Positions 1 through 8,832 of a DNA stretch of 64,000 bases are shown piece after piece. Under the pieces are notes generated by a model, which saw only the letters and a list, made by a program, of their open reading frames with translations, had not been told where the DNA came from and made no database searches. The position numbers and the translations under genes were made by a program. The stretch covers positions 436,682 to 500,681 of the forward strand of contig JACKPH010000001.1 of NCBI GenBank assembly GCA_024233675.1, given 5' to 3'. How positions within the stretch are numbered: position 1 is the stretch's first letter; the number at the start of each line of letters is the position of its first letter. The DNA comes from Thermotogota bacterium (GTDB lineage Bacteria; Thermotogota; Thermotogae; Petrotogales; Petrotogaceae).

Positions 1-1224
1 TCTTCCGAAAACGACAGAAGGGGCAGCTACGCGTCCTGTGCCGTGACATATAGGACAAGGGGTGAAAAGCAGTGAATCTATTGCGGGAGAAGTTCTTTTT
101 CTTGTTACTTCAAGAAGTCCCAGTTCGGTAAATCCGACAACAGTAATTCTTGCTTTATCTTTTTTTGCCTCTTCTGCTATAACTTCAGTTATTTTTTCAT
201 GATGTGATTTTAAATGCATATCTATAAAATCAATTATTACTATACCTGCTATATTTCTTAATCTGAGCTGTCTTGTAATCTCTTTTGCTGCCTGAAGATT
301 TGTTTCAAAAGATGTTTCTTCTATATTTTTACCTCTTATGTTTCCTGCTGAATCAACATCTATAACAGTCATAGCTTCTGTTCTGTCTATTGTTATTGTA
401 CCGCCGTTTCTTAATTCAATTTTTCTTGCAAATATATCGTCCATCTGCGAATATATATTCATCTCAAAAAAAGGATCTTTGTTTATTATTTCAACAAAAG
501 GATCGTAATCTGAATTTTTCAGACAGTATTTTACCTGATTATAAAGCTGTCTGCTGTCTACTGTTATTTTTTTTGTAAATGAATCAACTCTTTCTCTTAT
601 TATATAGTCTATAAAATCATCTTCAGAATATGCAAGTTTAGGTTTTGAAGCATTTTTATAATCAACAGCTATCTTATGCCATTGTTTTCTTAATTCATTT
701 AGTTCATCAGAAATTGTTTCTCTGTCAACATTCTGACAGTTCGTTCTGAATATTATTCCTTCTGTATCGTATATAAGATCCTCGGCTATTTCTCTTATTC
801 TTTCACGTTCAGACTGAACATTAAGTTTCCTGGAAATACCTATGCTTCCTTCTCCGTAAGGCATATATACAATATATCTGCCCGGAATATTTATCTGCAT
901 TGAAAGTTGCGGACCTTTTCTTACATTACCGTCCTTTTTTACCTGAACAACTACCATATCCCCTCTTTTATAATCGGAAGGTATACTTATAAGGTCTTTA
1001 AATCTCAGAAATCCGTTTTTCTTCATTCCTATATTTACAAAAAAAGCTTCAAGGCTGGGAACTTCATTTTCTATACGGCCTATAAAAATTTTTCCGGAAT
1101 TTTTTTCCGTTTCCATATCTTCAAAAAATATTTCTGATAAAATTTCATTTTCAAGAACGGCTACTCTTATTTCCTCACCGGTTGAACTAAAAACAATATT
1201 TTTTTCTATTTTTCCTTCCTGCAT
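1..1224 (-). CDS. rng: Ribonuclease E/G family protein (RNase G/CafA-like). The N-terminal 408 codons are present and the 3' end lies beyond the left window edge.
   Basis: Absent from the ORF track because it is open at the window edge. My translation from ATG 1224 gives MQEGKIEKNIVFSSTGEEIRVAVLENEILSEIFFE..GKIFIGRIENEVPSLEAFFVNIGMKKNGFL (S1-like), then IDVDSAGN, NLQAAKEITRQLRLRNIAGIVIIDFIDM, GFTELGLLEVTRKR and CPICHGTGRV. These are typical RNase E/G core motifs. Confidence 0.85.
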   Translation of the reverse strand, partial: MQEGKIEKNIVFSSTGEEIRVAVLENEILSEIFFEDMETEKNSGKIFIGRIENEVPSLEAFFVNIGMKKNGFLRFKDLISIPSDYKRGDMVVVQVKKDGNVRKGPQLSMQINIPGRYIVYMPYGEGSIGISRKLNVQSERERIREIAEDLIYDTEGIIFRTNCQNVDRETISDELNELRKQWHKIAVDYKNASKPKLAYSEDDFIDYIIRERVDSFTKKITVDSRQLYNQVKYCLKNSDYDPFVEIINKDPFFEMNIYSQMDDIFARKIELRNGGTITIDRTEAMTVIDVDSAGNIRGKNIEETSFETNLQAAKEITRQLRLRNIAGIVIIDFIDMHLKSHHEKITEVIAEEAKKDKARITVVGFTELGLLEVTRKRTSPAIDSLLFTPCPICHGTGRVAAPSVVFGR

Positions 1225-1280
1225 AAAACAACCCCTTTTTAATATATCTATAAAATATTTTATCATAAACGTTTTATTAA

Positions 1281-1308
1281 ATAAAACGGACAGATTAATT
1301 CTGTCCGC
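1281..1308 (-). terminator. Rho-independent terminator after the HD-GYP gene
   Basis: Stem cggacag (1287-1293) pairs with ctgtccg (1301-1307) around a 7-nt loop. The hairpin overlaps the stop codon and is followed on the minus strand by TTTTATTT. Confidence 0.5.
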
Positions 1309-2914
1309 TTGCATTTTTATAAATTTCCTCTATCTCACGATTATATTTTTTGAACAGTTCAAGTATTTTCGGATCAAAATGTTCAGGCTTTGTCTTTATG
1401 TCACCGCATGTAATTATATCATAGGATTCCTCGTGGGAATAACCTCTTTTATAAGGTCTTTCGCTCCTTAGTGAATCATAAACATCCGCAACAGAAACAA
1501 TTCTTGCCTCAACCGGTATATCATTTTCTTTAAGTCCGAAGGGATATCCGCTTCCGTCATATTTTTCATGATGATATAAAGCTATATTTTTAGCGGTAAA
1601 AAATTCCTGATCATCACCTAACATATCAGCCGCATATATTGTATGATTCTGCATTTCTTTGTATTCTTCGGGAGTAAGTCCTGAAGGTTTATCAAGAATA
1701 TTTCTTTTTACAAGAAGCTTTCCTATATCGTGTAATGGTGTGAAATTTCTTATTTCATCGAGAAGCTTTCCTTTTATTCCTTGTTTTTTAGCTATAAAAT
1801 GAGCAATTTCGGCAACTCTTTCAATGTGATTTCCTGTTATGTCATCATATTTTTCAGCTATTACAGAAAGTTTTTTTGAAAAATTTATATAAGAATCCTC
1901 AACCTTAGAATATGTTTTTTCAAGTTCACGGTAAAGATTTTCAAGTTCATCATTTGATGATGTTATTTCTTCATAGGATGCCCCGAGATTTTCAAGAAGT
2001 TCTACAAATTCTTTTATAACAAGTTCTTCTAAATCCTTTAATTCTTCAAGTCCGTTAAATTTATATTTTTTATATCTCAGAATTTCAGCAAGATTTTCAA
2101 AATTTATAGAAGGCAGTGCTGATATATCCTGGGTATCAATTAATTTAAGCTGGCTTAAAAGAATCTCTACACTTTTTATTGTATCCTCAAATTCATTATT
2201 AAAAACAATAAAATCATTAAAGGTTTTACTTTTTGAAATAATGTTCCACACAACAATAAAAACTGTTATTAAGGTTATTACAATAAAAAGAACTACAGGA
2301 AGCGTATAATCTATGCTGTTTACAAAATAAAAATTAAGATATTTGTCTGTTTTATTAAGATATATCCTGCCGTTAATAATTTTAAAATATTTTATATCTT
2401 TTGCCTGTATATTATTTTTATATATATCAGAATAAAAAACTTCACCGTTTTCAGATATAAATGATGCATAAGTTCCTTTTACAACATTTTCGCTGAAAAA
2501 ATCAGGTGACATCTTTTCAACTATATAAATATCATTATAAGAAATAACATAATAAATCTGACCGGATATAAAATCAAAAACCTCTTCGGTGTTTTTAACA
2601 CCGAATAAATTATTTATCTGTTCATAAAGGCCGGCATCTTCTCTGGAAATATTATCTTTTTTCAGAAGAAAAATATCTTTATCGGTATCTGAACCGTAAT
2701 GAAGATTACCGTTATTAAAAGAACTTATTATTAAATTTTTATGTGACCCTATTAAATATTTATAATAATTTTCAGAAGACTCTTTAACCTTTTCGGAAAT
2801 GTTTTCTATAATAATAATTCCCGATATCCATAAAAAAATTATCATAAAAAGCAAAAATGTATTTTGCAATGTAAAATTCCTTATAGTTCTTTTGAATAAA
2901 TCATTAAATTTCAT
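1295..2914 (-). CDS. Membrane-anchored HD-GYP domain protein (putative c-di-GMP phosphodiesterase)
   Basis: Two hydrophobic segments flank a roughly 170-aa extracytoplasmic region. The C-terminus carries HDIGKLLV and HHEKYDGSGYP (HD-GYP signature). SD GGGAGA lies 5 nt before the ATG. Confidence 0.85.
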   Translation of the reverse strand: MKFNDLFKRTIRNFTLQNTFLLFMIIFLWISGIIIIENISEKVKESSENYYKYLIGSHKNLIISSFNNGNLHYGSDTDKDIFLLKKDNISREDAGLYEQINNLFGVKNTEEVFDFISGQIYYVISYNDIYIVEKMSPDFFSENVVKGTYASFISENGEVFYSDIYKNNIQAKDIKYFKIINGRIYLNKTDKYLNFYFVNSIDYTLPVVLFIVITLITVFIVVWNIISKSKTFNDFIVFNNEFEDTIKSVEILLSQLKLIDTQDISALPSINFENLAEILRYKKYKFNGLEELKDLEELVIKEFVELLENLGASYEEITSSNDELENLYRELEKTYSKVEDSYINFSKKLSVIAEKYDDITGNHIERVAEIAHFIAKKQGIKGKLLDEIRNFTPLHDIGKLLVKRNILDKPSGLTPEEYKEMQNHTIYAADMLGDDQEFFTAKNIALYHHEKYDGSGYPFGLKENDIPVEARIVSVADVYDSLRSERPYKRGYSHEESYDIITCGDIKTKPEHFDPKILELFKKYNREIEEIYKNASGQN

Positions 2915-2929
2915 ACTTATCTCCCGGGC

Positions 2930-3340
2930 TTAAATTTTATTCTGAAGATTTTTCAGTATTTTTTTGATTCTTATTTTCTCTTCTGTATTATTTTCTTCTT
3001 CATACATAGCTGCATAATATTTTAGCTTTCTTTCCAGAACAGTTTTTTTCATTCTCTCATAAGTAAACTCATCTTTTTCAAAAATTTCCGAAAAATCTTT
3101 TACTGAAAGTTCAGTAATTATTGATTCGATATCATTTACCATATTGAGATTTTTCATATCCTCATTAACAAACCCGGTTTCATAATTTTTAAAAAAATTA
3201 TTATAATGACTGACTTTGGCCATATGATTTTTAAAAATATCATATGCACATTTTTTACAGTAATTTATTTCTTTTTCTATACCAAAAACATATATTTTTT
3301 GTTTTAAAAAAGAATCTCCTGATTTACATAAATCGCACAT
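2930..3340 (-). CDS. Hypothetical zinc-ribbon protein (McsA/UVR-motif-like)
   Basis: The N-terminus reads MCDLCKSG...YCKKCA (CxxC...CxxC), as in McsA-type zinc fingers, and the C-terminus is helical and charged. There is no strong SD. It is tightly packed between pth and the HD-GYP gene. Confidence 0.5.
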   Translation of the reverse strand: MCDLCKSGDSFLKQKIYVFGIEKEINYCKKCAYDIFKNHMAKVSHYNNFFKNYETGFVNEDMKNLNMVNDIESIITELSVKDFSEIFEKDEFTYERMKKTVLERKLKYYAAMYEEENNTEEKIRIKKILKNLQNKI

Positions 3341-3345
3341 AATTT

Positions 3346-3921
3346 TTATAAAAAATTTTTCCCGTTGTATTTATTCATCGCAGATTCAACTCCCATGGAA
3401 ATTATATCATCAACTGAATTACACACCTGATCCAAAACCTTATAAAGATTGTATGTTTCATCATTTGTAAAAGATGACAGAACATAATCCGCCAAATCCA
3501 TAAATTCAGGTTTTTTATCTATTCCTATTCTTATTCTCGGAAATTTATCAGAATTAAGTGCACCGATTACTGATTTCATTCCGTTATGTCCGCCGGCTGA
3601 ACCGTCAGCTCTTATTCTTATTTTTCCGAAATCTATAGAAATATCATCGTATATAACTATTATATCATTAATATCTGTTTTTCCGTATTTTCTGAACAAT
3701 TCCGAAAAAACCTGTCCGCTAAGATTCATAAATGTTGTAGGTTTTATTAAAACAAGATTTCCGGTTTCATATCCTTCAAAAGTTCTTCCTGAAATTTTCC
3801 TAAAATCAGCAATTTTTTTATTTATTTCATAATACCTGTCAATAGACAAAAAGCCCACGTTATGTTTTGTAAAAACATAACGTGGACCAGGGTTACCTAA
3901 TCCCAAGATTATTTTTTTCAT
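3346..3921 (-). CDS. pth: Peptidyl-tRNA hydrolase
   Basis: Motifs GLGNPGPRY..TKHNVGF and GGHNGMKS are present. The start overlaps the rplY stop (TAATG). Confidence 0.95.
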   Translation of the reverse strand: MKKIILGLGNPGPRYVFTKHNVGFLSIDRYYEINKKIADFRKISGRTFEGYETGNLVLIKPTTFMNLSGQVFSELFRKYGKTDINDIIVIYDDISIDFGKIRIRADGSAGGHNGMKSVIGALNSDKFPRIRIGIDKKPEFMDLADYVLSSFTNDETYNLYKVLDQVCNSVDDIISMGVESAMNKYNGKNFL

Positions 3922-4523
3922 TATTCTGCTGTTTCTTCCTCTGATTCTTCTTCAGCACTAACATCTTTAACTTTAGGAAGAACCATAGCCAAAGATTCAT
4001 CTTCGTCAAGAAGAACTTTTGCTGATTCAGGTAATTTAGAAAGAATTTTTTCAACAGTTAAATGTTCATTTAAAGCTAATTCTGAAACATCAAATTCAAT
4101 AGATTCAACTATGTCTTTAGGTAATATTTCAACCGGTATTTCATGATGAACTATTTCAAACATTCCGCCCTGTGTAAGTCCTACAGGAGTACCTACAAAT
4201 TTAACAGGTAAATTAATTGTCATTTTATGACCTTTTGCAGGAACATAAAAATCAACATGAATAGGTTTATCTGTTAATTTATGTCTCTGTAATGTTTTTA
4301 AGAAAACATTAATTGTTTTTCCGTCATCAAGTTTTAATTCAATAACTGATGTTTCGGAAATTTTGTTTAAAAGAATTTCAAAATCTCTTACTGAAAAAGC
4401 TACGTGAACATTTTCAAAACCTGGTCCGTAAACTTCTCCCGGTATAAAATTTTCGCTTCTTAATGCAACTGCTTTTTTCTTTAAATCTCTCTTGACTACT
4501 TCAAGAACATGTGTTCCAGCCAT
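3921..4523 (-). CDS. rplY: 50S ribosomal protein L25/general stress protein Ctc
   Basis: L25/Ctc-like fold signature (RSENFIPGEVYGPG.., acidic C-terminal tail). I prefer ATG 4523 because it lies 7 nt after GGAGG. The ORF-track ATG at 4529 is only 1 nt from the SD. Confidence 0.9.
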   Translation of the reverse strand: MAGTHVLEVVKRDLKKKAVALRSENFIPGEVYGPGFENVHVAFSVRDFEILLNKISETSVIELKLDDGKTINVFLKTLQRHKLTDKPIHVDFYVPAKGHKMTINLPVKFVGTPVGLTQGGMFEIVHHEIPVEILPKDIVESIEFDVSELALNEHLTVEKILSKLPESAKVLLDEDESLAMVLPKVKDVSAEEESEEETAE

Positions 4524-4559
4524 CGTCATACCTCCTGTTTTTTATTTTACCGTTAACTT

Positions 4560-5513
4560 TTATCTGAAAAGTATACTAACGGATAGATTTTTTCTTATTC
4601 TTACAACAGCTTCGCCGAAAAGCGGAGCTACTGATAACACTTCAAATTTATCGGGCAATTCCTTATGATATATTGTGTCTGTAACGATTACTTTTTCAAT
4701 CTGTGAATTTTGAAGTCTTTCTTTTGCTTCTTTGGAAAGAATTCCGTGTGTTGCACATGCTGTAACACTCTTCGCACCATTCTGAATAAGTGCATCGGCA
4801 GCACCTACGAGAGATCCGCCTGTATCAATTATATCATCAAAGAGTATACATTTTTTATCTTTTACATCACCTATAACATTTACTATTTCAGCTATATTAT
4901 CCTTAGGTCTTCTTTTATCTAAAATAGCCAAAGGAGTGGATATTTTTTCGGCAAATTTTCTCGCTCTCTTAACTCCGCCCACATCAGGAGAAACTACTAC
5001 AATTTCATCAGGATTAATTTTTTCGGTTTCTGTAAAATAATTTGCAAAAACCGGGAAACTCCAAAGATTATCAACCGGAATATCAAAAAATCCCTGTATC
5101 TGAGTAGCGTGAAGATCAATAGTAGCAACTCTGTCTGCACCGGCTGTAGTAAGTATATTTGCAACAAGCTTTGCAGAAATAGGATCTCTTCCCCTTGCTT
5201 TTCTGTCCTGTCTTGCATAACCGTAATACGGTATGATAACCGAAATTGAACCAGCAGATGCTCTTTTTAGTGCATCTATCATTATTAAAAGTTCCATAAG
5301 GTTGTCATTAACAGGATCTGATGTTGACTGTATTATGTAAACATCGTATCCTCTTACGGTTTCATTTATTTTTACATTTATTTCTCCGTCTGCAAATCTC
5401 TGTACTTCGCAGTCACCCAACCTTGTTCCGATGTATTCCACGATTTTCTGTGCAAGAGGTAAATTAGAATTTCCGGTAAAAACCTTCATTTCTGATTGCC
5501 CGACAATTGACAT
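4560..5513 (-). CDS. prs: Ribose-phosphate pyrophosphokinase
   Basis: Motifs YARQDRK and the PRPP-binding loop DDIIDTGGS are present. Confidence 0.95.
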   Translation of the reverse strand: MSIVGQSEMKVFTGNSNLPLAQKIVEYIGTRLGDCEVQRFADGEINVKINETVRGYDVYIIQSTSDPVNDNLMELLIMIDALKRASAGSISVIIPYYGYARQDRKARGRDPISAKLVANILTTAGADRVATIDLHATQIQGFFDIPVDNLWSFPVFANYFTETEKINPDEIVVVSPDVGGVKRARKFAEKISTPLAILDKRRPKDNIAEIVNVIGDVKDKKCILFDDIIDTGGSLVGAADALIQNGAKSVTACATHGILSKEAKERLQNSQIEKVIVTDTIYHKELPDKFEVLSVAPLFGEAVVRIRKNLSVSILFR

Positions 5514-5537
5514 TTTTTTACTCTCCCTTCGCTATTT

Positions 5538-6860
5538 CTATTTCCTATATTTATCCTCTTTCACAACCTGTTTTGCTCTTCCGAAAGCAAGAGAATAATC
5601 AGGTACATCTTTAGTTATAACAGAACCTGCTGCAATTAAAGATTTTTTACCTATATTAACAGGTGCAACAAGAGAAGAATTACTTCCCACAAATGATTCG
5701 TCGCCTATACTTGTTTTAAATTTGTTTTTTCCGTCATAATTACAGGTTATTGTTCCGGCCCCTATATTAACGTTTTCGCCTATTGTTGCATCACCGAGAT
5801 ATGTAAGATGCTGGGCTTTCGAATTTTTAGCAATTTTAGTCTTTTTTGTTTCTACAAAATTTCCTATTTTTACATTTTCACCTATAGATGAACCCGGTCT
5901 TATTCTTGACCACGGACCTACGGATGCATTACTTTTTATTTCGGAATTTTCACATTCCGATTTTAAAATCTTTGCGCCGTCACCTATAATACATTCTGTT
6001 ATGGAAGTTCCGGGACCTATAATACATTTTTTTCCTATTTCTGTTTTCCCGTTAATATAAGTATCCGGATAAATAACAGTGTCATTTCCTATTTTTGCAT
6101 CAGGTGATATATAAGTATTTTCAGGATTTATTATAGTAACTCCAGAAAGCATAAATTTTTCGTTTATATATTCTCTGGCTTTTTTTTCAAGCATTGCAAG
6201 CTGAACTCTGTCATTAACTCCTGTTACTTCTGTTATATCTTTTATATTTAGAATACCCGTTTTTTCAAATTTTTCAAAAACATCAGTGAGATAATATTCT
6301 CCCTGAACATTGTCATTTCTGATTAATTTAAGTGTTTCGTGAAGAATACCTCCTTTAAAAACAGCTATTCCGGAATTTATTTCTTTTATTTTTAACTGTT
6401 CTTCGTCAGCATCTTTATGCTCAACTATTTTTACTTTTGTGCCATTTCTTATTATTCTTCCGTATCCGTAAGGATTTTCGGTATTAACTGTTATAAGAGT
6501 TGCATCATTATTTTCTTCTTTATGTTTTTTTATAAGTTCTGTTAATGTTTTTTCTGATATAAGAGGAACATCTCCGTAAAGAACAAGAAAATCATCTGAT
6601 TTCATAAAATCACCGCATTGCATAACAGCATGTCCTGTTCCGAGCTGTTCTTTCTGCTCAAACACTTTAATATTCTGAGGAATAATTTCTTTAATTTTAT
6701 CTATTCCGTGACCAAGCACAACACCGACTTCTTCCGAAACAAGAGAAGCTGTATCTATAACCCAGTTTATCATTGGTTTTTCACAAATTTTATGCATAAC
6801 TTTCGGAAAATCTGATTTCATTCTTGTACCTTTTCCCGCTGCGAGAATAATAGATTTCAT
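5538..6860 (-). CDS. glmU: Bifunctional UDP-N-acetylglucosamine pyrophosphorylase/glucosamine-1-phosphate N-acetyltransferase
   Basis: The N-terminus reads LAAGKGTRMKS and the C-terminus has left-handed beta-helix hexapeptide repeats. The start is moved to ATG 6860 (MKSIILAAG), which is preceded by GGGGG. Confidence 0.95.
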   Translation of the reverse strand: MKSIILAAGKGTRMKSDFPKVMHKICEKPMINWVIDTASLVSEEVGVVLGHGIDKIKEIIPQNIKVFEQKEQLGTGHAVMQCGDFMKSDDFLVLYGDVPLISEKTLTELIKKHKEENNDATLITVNTENPYGYGRIIRNGTKVKIVEHKDADEEQLKIKEINSGIAVFKGGILHETLKLIRNDNVQGEYYLTDVFEKFEKTGILNIKDITEVTGVNDRVQLAMLEKKAREYINEKFMLSGVTIINPENTYISPDAKIGNDTVIYPDTYINGKTEIGKKCIIGPGTSITECIIGDGAKILKSECENSEIKSNASVGPWSRIRPGSSIGENVKIGNFVETKKTKIAKNSKAQHLTYLGDATIGENVNIGAGTITCNYDGKNKFKTSIGDESFVGSNSSLVAPVNIGKKSLIAAGSVITKDVPDYSLAFGRAKQVVKEDKYRK

Positions 6861-6894
6861 TATATAACCCCCTTGAAATTTTAACAAAAAAAAA

Positions 6895-6923
6895 TTTATA
6901 TTATATTACCCATCTGTTATCAA
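6895..6923 (-). promoter_or_regulatory. Candidate sigma-70 type promoter for the glmU operon
   Basis: The minus strand reads TTGATA (6923-6918), a 17-nt spacer, then TATAAA (6900-6895). Confidence 0.35.
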
Positions 6924-6941
6924 AAATGTTAATAAAACTAA

Positions 6942-6965
6942 TAAACAGGGATTACTCCCTGTTTA
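6942..6965 (-). terminator. Rho-independent terminator after ruvA
   Basis: Stem taaacaggga (6942-6951) pairs with tccctgttta (6956-6965) around a 4-nt loop. It overlaps the ruvA stop, and the minus strand continues TTAGTTTTATT. Confidence 0.5.
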
Positions 6966-7523
6966 TTTAAGTTTATTAAGTCCTATTTTTATAATATCCT
7001 CTGTTTTAAGGCCTTTTGTATCTTCGGAAGATAATATTTTAAGAACCCTGAATCTGTCATAACCAAGTGTTTCAAGAGCTTCAACAGCATCTTCGATAAA
7101 GGATTCTCCGTATACAAATTCCATATTTTCAAATTCATTTTTAAGTTCAGAAATTATTCTTTCAGCTGTCTTTTTACCTATTCCGGGTAATCCGGAAAGT
7201 CCCTGTGTATCCTGAGCAGCTATCATACCTATAACACTTTCGGCATCATTTGTAAGTGTTATTTTGGCAGCTGTTTTAGGTCCTATTTTTGAAACTTTTT
7301 TAAGATAAGAAAAAGCTTTTTTTTCGGTTTCATCATAGAAAAAATAAAGTGACATATTCCATTCATTCATTTCCAGAGATGTCTCAAAATTATACTCATC
7401 TCCGGTATTAATGTTTTTAAGTATTCTGTATGAAGGAAATCCGCCTATAGTAACATTACCCACTTCTATTATAATTTCTTCTTTTTCTGCCGATATAACT
7501 CTTCCCCGTATCTTTCTTATCAT
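6963..7523 (-). CDS. ruvA: Holliday junction DNA helicase subunit RuvA
   Basis: The N-terminus MIRKIRGRV and helix-hairpin-helix motifs (IGPKTAAKI, LPGIGKKTAERII) are present. The start overlaps the folC stop (ATGA). Confidence 0.9.
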   Translation of the reverse strand: MIRKIRGRVISAEKEEIIIEVGNVTIGGFPSYRILKNINTGDEYNFETSLEMNEWNMSLYFFYDETEKKAFSYLKKVSKIGPKTAAKITLTNDAESVIGMIAAQDTQGLSGLPGIGKKTAERIISELKNEFENMEFVYGESFIEDAVEALETLGYDRFRVLKILSSEDTKGLKTEDIIKIGLNKLK

Positions 7524-8830
7524 CTGTTATCACCAAAATAACTTCTTATTTCTCCTACAAGATAAAGTGAGCCTGTAACAAAATAATAATCGGCATTTTT
7601 TGTAAGAAGTTTTTTATAGGCTTCTTTTGGATCTTTTATAAAAGTTACGTTAGTCGGTTTTACTTTTAAAAGTTCCTCAAAAACCTTTTCAGGATTTACA
7701 CTTCTGTTATTTGGTATAGACGTAATAATTATGTCATCAAACATAAGCGAAAGATCTTTTACCATATCTGTAAAATCTTTATCATCAAGTATACCTATCA
7801 ATGCGGCTTTTTTTGCCGTAGGCATATATAAATCAAGTGTTTTTCTGAGCATTTTAACACCGTCAGGATTATGAGCACCTTCAAGAATAAGTTTTTTACC
7901 TGACTGTTCAGTTATTTCAAATCTTCCTTCCCATCTGAACTTTTTAAGTGTTTCCCTCAATTTATTTTCATCGAGTGACTTATTGTATCTTTTAAGAAAA
8001 ATCTCCGCTGCAGCAACAGCAAGTGATATATTATGAGGCTGATACGCACCGTTACTTTTAAATATAAGATCTTTGTAATCACCGAATATTCCTTTATAAT
8101 CTATCATATTCCAGTTAATACTGAATCTCGGATTTTCAAATTCAAATTCTTTTCCGAATTCAAAAATTTCCTTTGCACGTGCCGTATGGGCTTTTCTTAT
8201 TATTATATCTTTAGGACTTTCGGGAATATCACCAAGAATAACACTTGCACCTTCTTTTATTATTCCGGCCTTTTCAAAAGCTATATCCTCAAGAGTGTCT
8301 CCGAGTATTTTCATATGATCATACTGAATAGTGGATATTACGTCAACATCTGACTGAATAACATTTGTAGAATCCAGTCTTCCGCCTAAACCTACCTCTA
8401 TAACACCTATAGACACATTTTCATCAGAAAAATATTTAAAAGCCATAGCCGTTATTATTTCAAAAAATGAAGGCGACATATCCTCACCAAGAGATTCCAT
8501 TCTTTCTATATAAGGTAAAACTTCGCTGTATACCCTTACAAAATCCTCATCGGGAATATTTATACCGTTAATTCTTATCCGCTCATTTATATGTACAAGA
8601 TGCGGTGATATAAAAGTTCCGACTTTATATCCCTCTTTAATAAAAATATCCGAAAGAGCTTTTGTTACCGATCCTTTTCCGTTTGTTCCGGCAACATGTA
8701 TTGTCTTAAAATTATTCTGAGGATTACCGAGATACTCACAAAGAGTTTCTATTCTCTTAAGTCCGAGTTTTATTTTTATATTACCGGCCTTTTTTCCGTA
8801 AAGTTTTTCAACCACTTCATCCATTCTCAT
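7520..8830 (-). CDS. folC: Bifunctional folylpolyglutamate synthase/dihydrofolate synthase
   Basis: Mur-ligase P-loop HVAGTNGKGS and overall FolC-like layout. It begins 2 nt after the valS stop. Confidence 0.9.
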   Translation of the reverse strand: MRMDEVVEKLYGKKAGNIKIKLGLKRIETLCEYLGNPQNNFKTIHVAGTNGKGSVTKALSDIFIKEGYKVGTFISPHLVHINERIRINGINIPDEDFVRVYSEVLPYIERMESLGEDMSPSFFEIITAMAFKYFSDENVSIGVIEVGLGGRLDSTNVIQSDVDVISTIQYDHMKILGDTLEDIAFEKAGIIKEGASVILGDIPESPKDIIIRKAHTARAKEIFEFGKEFEFENPRFSINWNMIDYKGIFGDYKDLIFKSNGAYQPHNISLAVAAAEIFLKRYNKSLDENKLRETLKKFRWEGRFEITEQSGKKLILEGAHNPDGVKMLRKTLDLYMPTAKKAALIGILDDKDFTDMVKDLSLMFDDIIITSIPNNRSVNPEKVFEELLKVKPTNVTFIKDPKEAYKKLLTKNADYYFVTGSLYLVGEIRSYFGDNR

Positions 8831-8832
8831 TT

